Positions 9,387-18,859 of a stretch of DNA of 32,000 nt are shown piece by piece. The DNA comes from Synechococcus elongatus PCC 6301. Lineage in GTDB: Bacteria; Cyanobacteriota; Cyanobacteriia; Synechococcales; Synechococcaceae. The notes under the pieces are model-generated. The model saw only the letters and a program-made list of their open reading frames with translations. It was not told the origin of the DNA and ran no database searches. The stretch's first letter is position 1. The number at the start of each line of letters is the position of its first letter. The position numbers and the translations under genes are program-made. The stretch lies in NCBI RefSeq assembly GCF_000010065.1, contig NC_006576.1:2070001-2102000 (forward strand), given 5' to 3'.

Positions 9387-10646
9387 GTGCCAGAATCCAT
9401 CACTGAACCTAAGAGCTCGCCAACGCCCCGTCTGCCCTCGCCCCCCGATCGCCGCACCTTCTTTCGCTATGCCAGAATTGCCCTCGGCGTAGGCCTCATC
9501 TCGCTAGCAGCCTACATACTCTGGCTGCGCAACAGCAGCGTTTCCAGTCGAGTTGGCTATATTAATGGCACTGTTATTAAGTTATATGCCCCGATTCCTG
9601 GGGTCGCACAACTCAAGCCGCTAGAGCCGGGGCAAGCCTTGCAAAAAGGGCAGGTACTCGGTGAGATTACGAACGATCGCAATCCAGAATTGGAAACCGA
9701 TCGCCAAAATCTGGTGACGCGTTTGGCCCAAGCTGAAGCAGAGCGAGCTGCTTTCGATGCCCAAATCGCGAGTCGTGAGCAGGTGCGATCGCAAATTCTC
9801 AGCAAGGCCAATAACCAGCAACAACTTGAGGAACAGTTCTTTCAGCAGGGGTCTGACCGAACCCGTAATGAATTACGCCAAGCTCAAGAAAGTCTGGCCT
9901 TTGCGGAAATCGAGGCAAAACGATATCAAAGTTTGGTGGAGAGTGGTGCTGTCTCACAGCAACTAGCAGACGCTGCCTTGTCGCAGGCACGTGAGGCAAG
10001 AGCGGTAGTAGCGGCCAAACAAAATGAGTTACAGCGCCAACGAGCGTCCCTCTTAGCGATTCGTCAAGGATTACAGCTCGATTCAGCTCGAACTCTAAGT
10101 ATTCCAGAACTACGACTTCTCGATCTGGAAAAAGAACTAGTCGACCTGACTCTGAAACGACAGACTGTTAACACAACAATTCAAGAAATTCGCCTTGAGA
10201 TTATCAATATTCAAGAGCAGATTAAACTTCAGAAAAAAGCCTTAATTAAGGCTCCGATTCAAGGAGTTGTTTGGTCAATTATCAATCGAACTGGACTGTT
10301 AGGTATTCCACTAACGGCGGGTGATCCGCTGTTGGAAATGGTGACCTGTGAAGACACCTGGATCACGGCTTTAGTTTCTGAGCGCGATCGCAATCGACTG
10401 CGAGTGGGTCAACAAGCAGATATTCGTCTACTGGATGGCAGCAATACAAACATTTTGGGCCGAATTCGCTCGATTCGAGGAGGACCCGGTAAAGTCACTG
10501 CCGGAACTGATGTCGCAGTACCTCCGCCGGATTTAGTGCGCAATGAACTAGAAGTTCAGGTGAGTCTCCTCGAGAAACCGCCAGCCTTGGGAGCCGGAAA
10601 TTTCTGTGGCATTGGTCAAAGTGTGACCGTCAACTTTAATCCCTAG
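9387..10646 (+). CDS. HlyD / membrane-fusion (periplasmic adaptor) family protein, possibly involved in polysaccharide export
   Basis: 419 aa. N-terminal TM (ISLAAYILWL), biotinyl-lipoyl-like halves (IPGVAQLKPLEPGQALQKGQVLGEI...IKAPIQGVVWSI), long coiled coil, and beta-barrel region. Confidence 0.85.
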   Translation: MPESITEPKSSPTPRLPSPPDRRTFFRYARIALGVGLISLAAYILWLRNSSVSSRVGYINGTVIKLYAPIPGVAQLKPLEPGQALQKGQVLGEITNDRNPELETDRQNLVTRLAQAEAERAAFDAQIASREQVRSQILSKANNQQQLEEQFFQQGSDRTRNELRQAQESLAFAEIEAKRYQSLVESGAVSQQLADAALSQAREARAVVAAKQNELQRQRASLLAIRQGLQLDSARTLSIPELRLLDLEKELVDLTLKRQTVNTTIQEIRLEIINIQEQIKLQKKALIKAPIQGVVWSIINRTGLLGIPLTAGDPLLEMVTCEDTWITALVSERDRNRLRVGQQADIRLLDGSNTNILGRIRSIRGGPGKVTAGTDVAVPPPDLVRNELEVQVSLLEKPPALGAGNFCGIGQSVTVNFNP

Positions 10647-10675
10647 TCTTTATCCTTTTTTGATCAAGCTACCCA

Positions 10676-12889
10676 ATGCAATTAAAACAACTGCGAAAAC
10701 TTGCTCCTGAAATCTCTTTTCTTCTAATTGCTGGCCTCACGTTACTTGCAATATTACTGCTGCAATTTGATTGGCAAAATGCTTTTGCTAACTTGATTGG
10801 ATTATGGTACTCAGGTCAAGCTCTGTTCAAGCCGGAGGGATCCACACTAGAGAACTTACTCTATCCCGCCTTTGTTTGGCTAGCGATTACTTTTCTACTC
10901 AAGGAGCTTTCTCCTCAACCGTCATTTTGGCCTCGACTGATCACGAGCATCGGCATTGCAGTTCTAGGAATCCGTTACGAGCTATGGCGATTCTTCGGAA
11001 GCCTCAATCTCGACGATCCCCTCAATGGCACTCTATCTGTTCTACTCTTTTTTGCTGAATTGCTGACAGTTGTTAATACAATCGCATTTTTTCTCCATAC
11101 AATTTTTAGCTATGATCGCTCGCCAGAAGCAGACATCCTCAGCCAAGCAGTGATCAGCCAAGCCTATCAACCAAGCGTTGATATTATTCTGCCCACCTAC
11201 AACGAAGGGGTTGATATCCTCAGAAGATCGGTCATTGCTTGCCAGGCAATGGACTATTCTAATAAAAAGGTCTTTCTTCTCGACGATACTCGTCGTCCAG
11301 AAGTTCGAGCGCTTGCAGAAGAATTAGGCTGCGGCTACTTCGATCGCCCAGACAACAAACATGCGAAGGCAGGTAATATCAACCATGCCTTGCCCTACTT
11401 ATCTGGAGAATTATTAGTTGTTTTTGACGCAGATTTTGTCCCTAGTAAAAACTTTCTAATTCGAACAATTGGATTTTTCCAAGATCCAAAAACGGGCCTG
11501 CTACAAACGCCTCAGCATTTTTTTAATGAAGATCCGATTTCAGTCAACCTTGGACTTGAAGGAATTTTGAATAACGAACAAAGTTTATTTTTTCGGTTTA
11601 TTCAACCAAGCCGGGACTATTTTAACTCAGTCGTTTGCTGTGGTACCTGCTTTGTTATTCGGCGATCGGCACTCGATGAGATTGGTGGAATTCCGACGGA
11701 AAGTATCACTGAAGACTACTTTACTTCGATTAAGCTGCAAACTCATGGCTATCGCGTCAAGTATCTCAATGAGGCATTGGCAGCAGGCCTAGCACCGGAA
11801 ACTATTAGCGCCTATGTTAATCAGCGACTTCGTTGGGGGCAGGGAACTCTCCAGTCCCTCTTTACAGATTCCAATTTTCTAACGGTCCCAGGCCTCAACT
11901 GGCAGGAGCGCCTTTCCCAGTCACTCAGTATCGTTTACTGGTTCCTATCGATTCCTAGAGTTGTCTTTCTCGTTGTTCCCTTAGCATTTCTGATATTTGG
12001 GTTGGCACCTCTCCGTGCTACTGTCAATGAAATTCTTTATTTTTTCCTTCCATATTACATCGCAAATATCATGGCATTTTCTTGGCTGACAGAAGGAAGG
12101 CGATCCGCATTTTGGTCTGATGTTTATGAGACGATTATTTGTGTGCCAATGGCAATTACTATTCTCAGGACTTTAGTTAGCCCTAAGGGAAAACCTTTTA
12201 AAGTGACACCCAAGGGGGATACTAATTCTGATGGAATCACAATTAACTGGTCGCTCATTACTCCTCTCTTAACAGTAATGATCCTGACTATAATTGGAAT
12301 TGTTATGAGGAGTTCTAGTCTGCAAGATACGAATGTAAATCCCGATAGCTTAGTAATTAATATAGTTTGGGCTGTTTATAACTTATCACTGCTGCTCATT
12401 TGTATTCTTGTCGCAATCGATGTTCCTCAACGCCGTCACACTCGGTTTTCCCATGAAGAAGCTTGTGAATTGCGTCTGGGAGCAGTTGTCTTTTCAGGGG
12501 TTACTGAAGACCTTTCAGAAGAAGGGGGGCGAATCTTACTGAATCGCTTCGAGGGTTTAGTGGATATTGAGGATGAAGCACCTCAAACTACTTTGGAAGG
12601 AATTTTTCGTCTGCGATCGCCTAGCCCTTTAGCTGACATGCCAATTCATGCAGAAGTGAGATGGCACGATCGCCGTGCTCTTGCTGCTCTACGTTTTGAG
12701 GCTGCTGTAACTGAGGTAGAGGTACGCCTTTACTTCTCAAATCTGACGCTTGCAGAACAGCGCCGCTTAATTCCTTATCTCTACTGCCAGCCCGGCCAGT
12801 GGCAAGACTTACAAGTGCCTGAATTCAAGACAGCTTGGGCTATGCTTCAATCGGTCTTTCGTCTGCATCCCTTGGCAAATAGCCGCTGA
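10676..12889 (+). CDS. Membrane GT2 processive glycosyltransferase, cellulose-synthase (BcsA)-like, with C-terminal PilZ domain
   Basis: 737 aa, multi-TM. GT2 signatures DIILPTYNEG, VVFDADFVP, TEDYFTS and QRLRWGQG. C-terminal PilZ motifs RRHTR and DLSEEGG. Confidence 0.9.
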   Translation: MQLKQLRKLAPEISFLLIAGLTLLAILLLQFDWQNAFANLIGLWYSGQALFKPEGSTLENLLYPAFVWLAITFLLKELSPQPSFWPRLITSIGIAVLGIRYELWRFFGSLNLDDPLNGTLSVLLFFAELLTVVNTIAFFLHTIFSYDRSPEADILSQAVISQAYQPSVDIILPTYNEGVDILRRSVIACQAMDYSNKKVFLLDDTRRPEVRALAEELGCGYFDRPDNKHAKAGNINHALPYLSGELLVVFDADFVPSKNFLIRTIGFFQDPKTGLLQTPQHFFNEDPISVNLGLEGILNNEQSLFFRFIQPSRDYFNSVVCCGTCFVIRRSALDEIGGIPTESITEDYFTSIKLQTHGYRVKYLNEALAAGLAPETISAYVNQRLRWGQGTLQSLFTDSNFLTVPGLNWQERLSQSLSIVYWFLSIPRVVFLVVPLAFLIFGLAPLRATVNEILYFFLPYYIANIMAFSWLTEGRRSAFWSDVYETIICVPMAITILRTLVSPKGKPFKVTPKGDTNSDGITINWSLITPLLTVMILTIIGIVMRSSSLQDTNVNPDSLVINIVWAVYNLSLLLICILVAIDVPQRRHTRFSHEEACELRLGAVVFSGVTEDLSEEGGRILLNRFEGLVDIEDEAPQTTLEGIFRLRSPSPLADMPIHAEVRWHDRRALAALRFEAAVTEVEVRLYFSNLTLAEQRRLIPYLYCQPGQWQDLQVPEFKTAWAMLQSVFRLHPLANSR

Positions 12890-12915
12890 CCTTCATTGGA
12901 TTGACAAACCTACGA

Positions 12916-12969
12916 ATAGGTAACGATGGCTGTTGAAGAGTGAGGCTGATCTTCGCAATCGTTACCTAT
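12916..12969. repeat. Perfect 12-bp inverted repeat, large stem-loop in a convergent intergenic region
   Basis: ATAGGTAACGAT (12916..12927), 30-nt spacer, ATCGTTACCTAT (12958..12969). Located between convergent genes ending at 12889 (+) and 13008 (-). Confidence 0.8.
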
Positions 12970-13007
12970 CCATACTGTTCAAATCATCTGTCAGCTCTCT
13001 ATGTGAT

Positions 13008-14051
13008 TTATAGTCCGGCAAACTCGAATGGCTTGGCGTTCTGGAATGAATTGAGGGCATCACCCGCATAGACTTCATTGTTTGAAGCCAATAGTCGCTT
13101 GACAGGTCGGTTCTCGCTAAAATCAACTTTCTTGAGATCAACCCAGAAAGTATTGGGTGTTAGAGTTGTCTCAAAGTAGTAGACTAAATTTTTCTGGTCA
13201 GATAAAGACCGCCAGCGAGTTGAAGAGATATTCGGCTCTTCCTCAGAGGAGATACCGAAGGGCACAGATGCATTGCGAATTACACTAAAGACACTTGCAA
13301 CAGCGACCCTAGTATCTGTTGTCTTAGGAATGGCATCAATATAAAAAGATGCTCTAACAAAGCGATCAGCAGCCCGATTTGTTCCTGGCAGCATATTTAA
13401 ACCGCCAACTTGTTGCCAGTAGCCATCTAATGCCAACTGCTTTTCAAAGGTGGGGGAGTTCGTCATCACTGTGTAGTCCATGCTGTGATGAATGACGAGC
13501 TTGCCATCGATATATTCAAAGATGGCATTGTCTCCTTTCGCATCGGAAACTGAAAGGTGTAGTGTGGCAAAGCGGTCGGTGCCGGGAATGTTAGCGGATA
13601 CAACCACAAATGGTTCCGATCGCAGTGCATTTACAGCTTCTTCGACCGTAGCGAAATTATCGAGAACGTACTGAACCCAAGCAGCAACCGATAAGCCTTT
13701 CTGACTAGGTTTATACTCTGGATACTTCGACTCAGCGAGCCAAAGTAGATTAGCGACAAGGCCTTTCTCATTCATGCCATCTGCACTGGCAATATCGAAG
13801 GCACTGGCGACAACACTGCCATATTTTGAGACCCAAGTTACAGAGTTAGGTCCCACTGCTCCATCTCGCTGTAACCCTCTGGGAAACAACCATAGATTTG
13901 CTGGAATTTCATCCTTCCAATCCATCGATCGCCCCGTAATGATTGTGCCTTCAGGCCCTTGATAGACGGCCCTTGTACAGGCTTGAACTGGGGCTGAAGC
14001 TAATAAAAAGCAAGCACAGGCGATCGCAGCAATTCCGAGAGTATTGGTCAT
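13008..14051 (-). CDS. Linear amide C-N hydrolase, choloylglycine hydrolase / penicillin V acylase family, exported
   Basis: 347 aa. Signal peptide MTNTLGIAAIACACFLLASAPVQA, then the nucleophile Cys context CTRAVYQGPEGTIITGRSMDWKDEIPANLWLFPRG. Confidence 0.88.
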   Translation of the reverse strand: MTNTLGIAAIACACFLLASAPVQACTRAVYQGPEGTIITGRSMDWKDEIPANLWLFPRGLQRDGAVGPNSVTWVSKYGSVVASAFDIASADGMNEKGLVANLLWLAESKYPEYKPSQKGLSVAAWVQYVLDNFATVEEAVNALRSEPFVVVSANIPGTDRFATLHLSVSDAKGDNAIFEYIDGKLVIHHSMDYTVMTNSPTFEKQLALDGYWQQVGGLNMLPGTNRAADRFVRASFYIDAIPKTTDTRVAVASVFSVIRNASVPFGISSEEEPNISSTRWRSLSDQKNLVYYFETTLTPNTFWVDLKKVDFSENRPVKRLLASNNEVYAGDALNSFQNAKPFEFAGL

Positions 14052-14272
14052 AGTTAGCTACTCTTTCTATTTTCAGCATAAGTGCCTGTATCTGTATTTC
14101 AAGACACTAGAGGTTAAGTGATAGTAACTTTCATGGCTTAGCCTAGCTTTCTAATTAGCCTAGTTAGGAACTATCCACTGTGCTTACGGGAAGAGCCCTA
14201 AAAAGCTGTGTTAATCACATGCCTAGCTCAACACAGTTACGACTAGAGGGTTATGCATAACCGTAAATTTGA

Positions 14273-15133
14273 CTAGCTTAGCGATCGCTTGAGGGCAGGT
14301 TGAATGAGTAGCAAAGCAGTAACGCAAAAGCCAGCGAGGATTGCCAAGCAGCCACCGATCGAAATCTCTGCAAAGGGTGTCGCGATCGCGATGTCACTCC
14401 ATTGCCAGCTGTCATGGAGATAGAGAAAGCGAATCGGCTCAATTGCGTAGCTAAGCGGGTTCAGGCTGGCTAACCACTGCAGCCAAGTTGGCATAAAGTC
14501 CAGCGGTGCAAGAGCCGTACTCGCAAACAGCAACGGCAAATTGGTGATAAAGATAGCAGCGATTAATTCAATATGGCCGGGCAAACTAAAAGCCAAGCCT
14601 AAACTCAATGCTGTTACGCCTAAGACTAAAAGCAGCACGATCGTAAGAACCAATAGGAGACCTGTCGCTGTTGGTAAGCCCGCACCTAAAGCTGAACTGA
14701 CGAGCAGAATTGCGATCGTTTGAATCAGGCTCAAGGTTGTGATGTAGAGCGCCGAAGCAACCACGATCGAAAAGCGTGAGGTCAGGGGTGCGACGAGTAG
14801 GCGATTGAGAAAACCAAACTCGCGATCGAACATCACGGGCAAGCCAGCATTCAGTGCACCACTAAACGCCGTGAAGACAATCACGCCCGCGCCCAAGAAT
14901 TGCCCGTAGCGAACTTCAGGCCCAAAGAATCCGGTTGGTGCATTCTGGAACAACGCCCCAAATAGAACGAGCCACATTAGTGGTTGAATCACACCGGCAA
15001 TCAGCGTTGTGGGGCGACGCTGCAACTGAATAAAGAGCCGCTTGGTCAGCCCTGCCGTTTCTTGCAAAAAGGCAGAAAACTCAGACGGTTCCGACAAGTT
15101 CGACAGCTCAGACTTCGGTAGCGTGGTAGTCAT
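14273..15133 (-). CDS. ABC-2 type transporter permease
   Basis: 286 aa, multi-TM, WLVLFGALFQNA...FLNRLLVAPLTSRFSIVVASALY, DrrB-like. Adjacent to a matching ATPase gene. Confidence 0.88.
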   Translation of the reverse strand: MTTTLPKSELSNLSEPSEFSAFLQETAGLTKRLFIQLQRRPTTLIAGVIQPLMWLVLFGALFQNAPTGFFGPEVRYGQFLGAGVIVFTAFSGALNAGLPVMFDREFGFLNRLLVAPLTSRFSIVVASALYITTLSLIQTIAILLVSSALGAGLPTATGLLLVLTIVLLLVLGVTALSLGLAFSLPGHIELIAAIFITNLPLLFASTALAPLDFMPTWLQWLASLNPLSYAIEPIRFLYLHDSWQWSDIAIATPFAEISIGGCLAILAGFCVTALLLIQPALKRSLS

Positions 15134-15184
15134 AACGGCTTAGTTCAACAGAAAGAGATGAAAACGATCGTTCAGTGATTAGCG

Positions 15185-16207
15185 CTAACGTTGCATGGCG
15201 CGCTTTTTCTCAGCTTTCGGATCTCGGCTAGCGATCGCAGCGAGTTCTGCATCCAACAGCGTGCGGCCGGTAGCGGCAAGGTAAACATCATCCAAACTCG
15301 GGCGAGCTTGGGCAATGCCGAAGGTTGGGAGTCCTGCTGCTTGCAAGCTGGTTTGAATTGTCGCTAGAGCATCAGTCTGACCATCGACCACGAGGTTGAG
15401 CGAGTTCCCTTGGGCGGTGTTGATGATCACGTCCTGCACACAACTCAAAGATTTCAGTAGTTCTCGTGCTTGCTCCGCTTCATCTCGGGGGGAAAATTCC
15501 CGCAGCCGCAGGGTAATGCGATCGCCACCAACACGGGCTTTCAACTCGGATGGACTGCCGACAGCAATCACTTGTCCGCGATCGATAATCGCCACGCGAT
15601 CGGCCAGCGCATCAATTTCTTCTAGGTAATGGCTGGTAATCAGAATCGTGATTCCCTCTGCCCGCAACCGCCGCAGAAACTCCCAAACGACGACGCGGCT
15701 TTCAATATCCAAGCCCACGGTCGGTTCATCTAACACCAACAGGCGCGGTTGATGCAGCAACCCCGTCGCCAGATCCAGCCGCTTGCGAATCCCACCGGAA
15801 TACGTCCCACAGCGGCGATCGAGCCAGTCATCCAGCTCCAGCAGTTGACTCACCGCCGCAATGCGATCGGCGATCGCGCCTTTGGGTAAGTGATAGAGCG
15901 CCGCATGCAGCGCTAGGAGTTCTCGCCCCGTCAGCACCTTATCGATCGCGACTTCCTGTGCCACATAGCCCAGTCGCTGACGGGCGGCGCGGGGCTGATC
16001 AGTCACCGACAGGCCATCGACTTCTACAAGACCGGCATCCGGACGACTAAGGGTGCAAAGGCAGCGCAGCGTTGTGGTTTTGCCAGCGCCATTGGGTCCT
16101 AGCACCCCAAAAATTTCACCGGCGGTCACTTCAAAGCTGACGTCTTCGACCGCCACCACCGAACCATAGGACTTGCGCAGGTGCTCAATACGAACGGCTA
16201 GCGTCAT
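15185..16207 (-). CDS. ABC transporter ATP-binding protein (DrrA/CcmA-like)
   Basis: Walker A GPNGAGKTTT, signature YSGGIRKRLDLA, Walker B LLVLDEPTVGLD. Confidence 0.95.
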   Translation of the reverse strand: MTLAVRIEHLRKSYGSVVAVEDVSFEVTAGEIFGVLGPNGAGKTTTLRCLCTLSRPDAGLVEVDGLSVTDQPRAARQRLGYVAQEVAIDKVLTGRELLALHAALYHLPKGAIADRIAAVSQLLELDDWLDRRCGTYSGGIRKRLDLATGLLHQPRLLVLDEPTVGLDIESRVVVWEFLRRLRAEGITILITSHYLEEIDALADRVAIIDRGQVIAVGSPSELKARVGGDRITLRLREFSPRDEAEQARELLKSLSCVQDVIINTAQGNSLNLVVDGQTDALATIQTSLQAAGLPTFGIAQARPSLDDVYLAATGRTLLDAELAAIASRDPKAEKKRAMQR

Positions 16208-16303
16208 TGCAGATCCAGAAGTGATTCAAGCGTTAACCGTTTCCATTCTAGGCGGCTCCGTTAGCCTCACTCAGGCGATCGCCTGCTCACATCCCCCTAG
16301 CGT

Positions 16304-16714
16304 TCAAGTAAATAGCTGGTTGATTAGCGCTTCACCGCCTGGCAGTCGATAAATCCCAAAGTCTCGTCGATCGAGCGTCACGATCTCACTCAAGCCCCAC
16401 TGTCCGGCTACCCAAACCAAGGAAGCATCTGCCAAATCCATCGGGATATCGCTGTAACGCTCCATCAGATTGGCAATTCCCGTGATTGCGGTCGTTCCAA
16501 GTTCTTGCACTTCGAGACCGCCCAAAGCGACCCAACGCATAAATCGATTGACCCCATAGGACGGAATCAAATGACAGACCTCAGTTAGGACTGGCCATGT
16601 CGTTAGTAGTGGGCGATCGACGCTGCTGAAGAAGGAGCGGCAGCGATCGTGAAAATTGTCGCTCCGATCAAACCAAGCAATGAGTGGTCCCGTATCCACC
16701 AGTAGCTTAGACAT
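16304..16714 (-). CDS. PIN-domain protein, VapC-like toxin
   Basis: 136 aa. MSKLLVDTGPLIAWFD, conserved acidic TEV, DLADASLVW and TLDRRDF motifs in PIN-domain order. Confidence 0.85.
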   Translation of the reverse strand: MSKLLVDTGPLIAWFDRSDNFHDRCRSFFSSVDRPLLTTWPVLTEVCHLIPSYGVNRFMRWVALGGLEVQELGTTAITGIANLMERYSDIPMDLADASLVWVAGQWGLSEIVTLDRRDFGIYRLPGGEALINQLFT

Positions 16715-17021
16715 TGAACTGCTGCGACTGAGCGTGCCGGAGGGCTAGCTTATCTTTTAGGTGCTGAGCATGGTGTTGTCCTAAATCACCGACTCCACTC
16801 TCAAAACAGCCCACGAGTCCTAACTGCTCAGCAAGGGTAGCGGGAGAGTTCATGGGGGCAGTCAACTTTTGAATTCCTGCTTTGATTGCTTCTGTTTGGG
16901 TCACACCCGTACGTTGGCAATATGCCTGCAATACAGCATCGGTTTGCTCATCGAGTCGAACAGAGATCAGCCGACTAGCGCGGGAAGGAACACCCACAAC
17001 TTCCACCCTGAAGTAATACAA
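16707..17021 (-). CDS. Ribbon-helix-helix-like antitoxin, partner of the PIN protein
   Basis: SRLISVRLDEQTDAVLQAYCQRTGVTQTEAIKAGIQKL resembles RHH/CopG antitoxins. Overlaps the PIN gene by 8 nt. The exact start is uncertain; an internal alternative start is possible. Confidence 0.7.
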   Translation of the reverse strand: MYYFRVEVVGVPSRASRLISVRLDEQTDAVLQAYCQRTGVTQTEAIKAGIQKLTAPMNSPATLAEQLGLVGCFESGVGDLGQHHAQHLKDKLALRHAQSQQFNV

Positions 17022-17119
17022 GTCATATTACAAATCTAACCTTGGCGATCGCCTTAGCCCCAGTAGATGACGCCGATCGCGGCAACGGGTGATGATGCGA
17101 ACAGTGCTCTGCGGTTTCT

Positions 17120-18007
17120 ATGGCTTCGACGTTGCGTGTCGCTCTGGCTCAACTGGCATTTAGCGATCAGCCGGTGATCGATCGCGATCGCGTGACAGCA
17201 GCGATTCGGGAAGCTGCAGCAGCTGGGGCAGAACTGATTGTGCTGCCCGAGATCCACGGCGGCTACTACTTTTGCCAGACCGAAGATCCAGCTCAGTTTG
17301 ATCGCGCCGAGTCCATTCCAGGACCGAGTACGGACTACTACAGCGCGATCGCCCGAGAACTGTCCGTTGTTCTCATCCTTTCGCTGTTTGAGCGGCGGGC
17401 AGCCGGACTCTACCACAACACTGCTGTCGTGATTGAACGGGATGGAACGATCGCGGGTCGTTACCGCAAAATGCACATTCCTGACGATCCGGCTTACTAC
17501 GAGAAGTTCTACTTCACGCCGGGCGACTTGGGGTTTGAACCGATTCAGACTTCGGTGGGCAAGTTAGGGGTTCTGGTCTGCTGGGATCAGTGGTATCCCG
17601 AAGCAGCGCGACTGATGGCGCTGGCTGGTGCCGAGTTGCTGATCTATCCGACCGCAATCGGCTGGGATCCGCAAGACGTGCCCGAGGAACAACAGCGGCA
17701 ACTCGAAGCTTGGCAAACCGTGCAGCGGGGTCACGCAATCGCCAATGGAATTCCCGTGTTGAGTGTCAATCGGGTTGGCTTTGAACCCTCGCCCGATCCA
17801 GCTGCTGCGGGCAGTCAATTCTGGGGCAGCAGTTTCATTGCCGGGCCGCAGGGGGAATGGTTAGCAAAGGCTGGCGATCGCGAGCCGGAACTGCTGATTG
17901 CTGATCTCGATCGCGATCGCAGTGAACAGGTGCGGCGGATCTGGCCCTTCCTGCGCGATCGCCGCATCGATGCCTACGGCGATTTAGTACGTCGCTATCG
18001 AGACTAA
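17120..18007 (+). CDS. aguB: N-carbamoylputrescine amidase (nitrilase superfamily)
   Basis: 295 aa. Catalytic Glu (VLPEIHGGYYFCQ), Lys (YRKMHIPDDPAYYEKFYFTPGD) and Cys (VLVCWDQWYPEAARLMALAGAELLIYPTAIG), as in AguB-type enzymes. Confidence 0.9.
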   Translation: MASTLRVALAQLAFSDQPVIDRDRVTAAIREAAAAGAELIVLPEIHGGYYFCQTEDPAQFDRAESIPGPSTDYYSAIARELSVVLILSLFERRAAGLYHNTAVVIERDGTIAGRYRKMHIPDDPAYYEKFYFTPGDLGFEPIQTSVGKLGVLVCWDQWYPEAARLMALAGAELLIYPTAIGWDPQDVPEEQQRQLEAWQTVQRGHAIANGIPVLSVNRVGFEPSPDPAAAGSQFWGSSFIAGPQGEWLAKAGDREPELLIADLDRDRSEQVRRIWPFLRDRRIDAYGDLVRRYRD

Positions 18008-18012
18008 CCCCG

Positions 18013-18501
18013 ATGCTCAAACCCCTGTCTGCGCTCGGTCTGCTGCTCTTACTGGCAACCAGTAGCTGCCAAACACCCGGTCGATCGGCTGAAGTCAACC
18101 TGATTAGCGACGGTGACACATTGACTGTGCAGCAAGACGGGGAGTCAGTCAAAATCCGCTTGGCTTGTATCGATGCGCCAGAACTAGGGCAGAAACCTTG
18201 GGGGGAGCGAGCCCGTGGGGTGTCAGGTGTCTTGGCTCCAGTTGGTAGCGAAGTGACGGTCGAGTCCTTTGAACGCGATCGCTATGGCCGTACGGTGGCG
18301 ACGGTTTGGCGGGAAGGGCGATCGGTCAATCTCGAAATGGTCCGTCGCGGCTGGGCGATGGTCTACCGGCAACACCTCCGCAACTGCGATGCCAGTGCCT
18401 ACTTTGCGGCGGAGACTGCAGCAAGACGCGATCGCATTGGCTATTGGCAAGCAGGTCGCAATCCCCAACCGCCCTGGGAGTGGCGTCGCCGTCAACGCTA
18501 A
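18013..18501 (+). CDS. Thermonuclease (SNase) family protein, probable lipoprotein
   Basis: Lipobox-like LLLATSSCQTP. SNase motif DGDTLTV...VKIRLACIDAPELGQKPWGERAR...RDRYGRTVATVWREGRSVNLEMVRRGWAMVYR. Confidence 0.9.
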   Translation: MLKPLSALGLLLLLATSSCQTPGRSAEVNLISDGDTLTVQQDGESVKIRLACIDAPELGQKPWGERARGVSGVLAPVGSEVTVESFERDRYGRTVATVWREGRSVNLEMVRRGWAMVYRQHLRNCDASAYFAAETAARRDRIGYWQAGRNPQPPWEWRRRQR

Positions 18502-18733
18502 CTCAGGGCAACAGCAACTATCAGCTTGAACTGATCGTTCTAGCTCGATTGACGTAGCCGCAATCCAAGGTCAACACCGGCTTGTTTTACCGGCTGCGAT
18601 CGCCGCTCAGCCGATATGTCCCATCCAAAATCTTGTTGCAGGGGGGCTGGGGAACTCGACTCCCCCACGGACAGCAAGTTTCGATTTCTATCGAGTCCAG
18701 TCGAGCTAGTCCCAGGCCAATTGTTATCGTCAC

Positions 18734-18763
18734 AAAAAAGTCCCGGCAGAACTGCCGAGACTT
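18734..18763 (-). terminator. Rho-independent terminator on the minus strand, downstream of trpB
   Basis: Minus-strand reading AAGTCTCGGCAG-TT-CTGCCGGGACTT followed by a T-run (AAAAAA at 18734..18739 on +). Stem 12 bp with one G-T pair. Confidence 0.85.
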
Positions 18764-18859
18764 GCCAATGACCCAGGGTAATTCGCTGTATCCATGCTGG
18801 GATTGTTGTAGGCGATCGCAGGCCGGTGCTTCTGCCACGCAAGCTACAAATTGCCGCCC

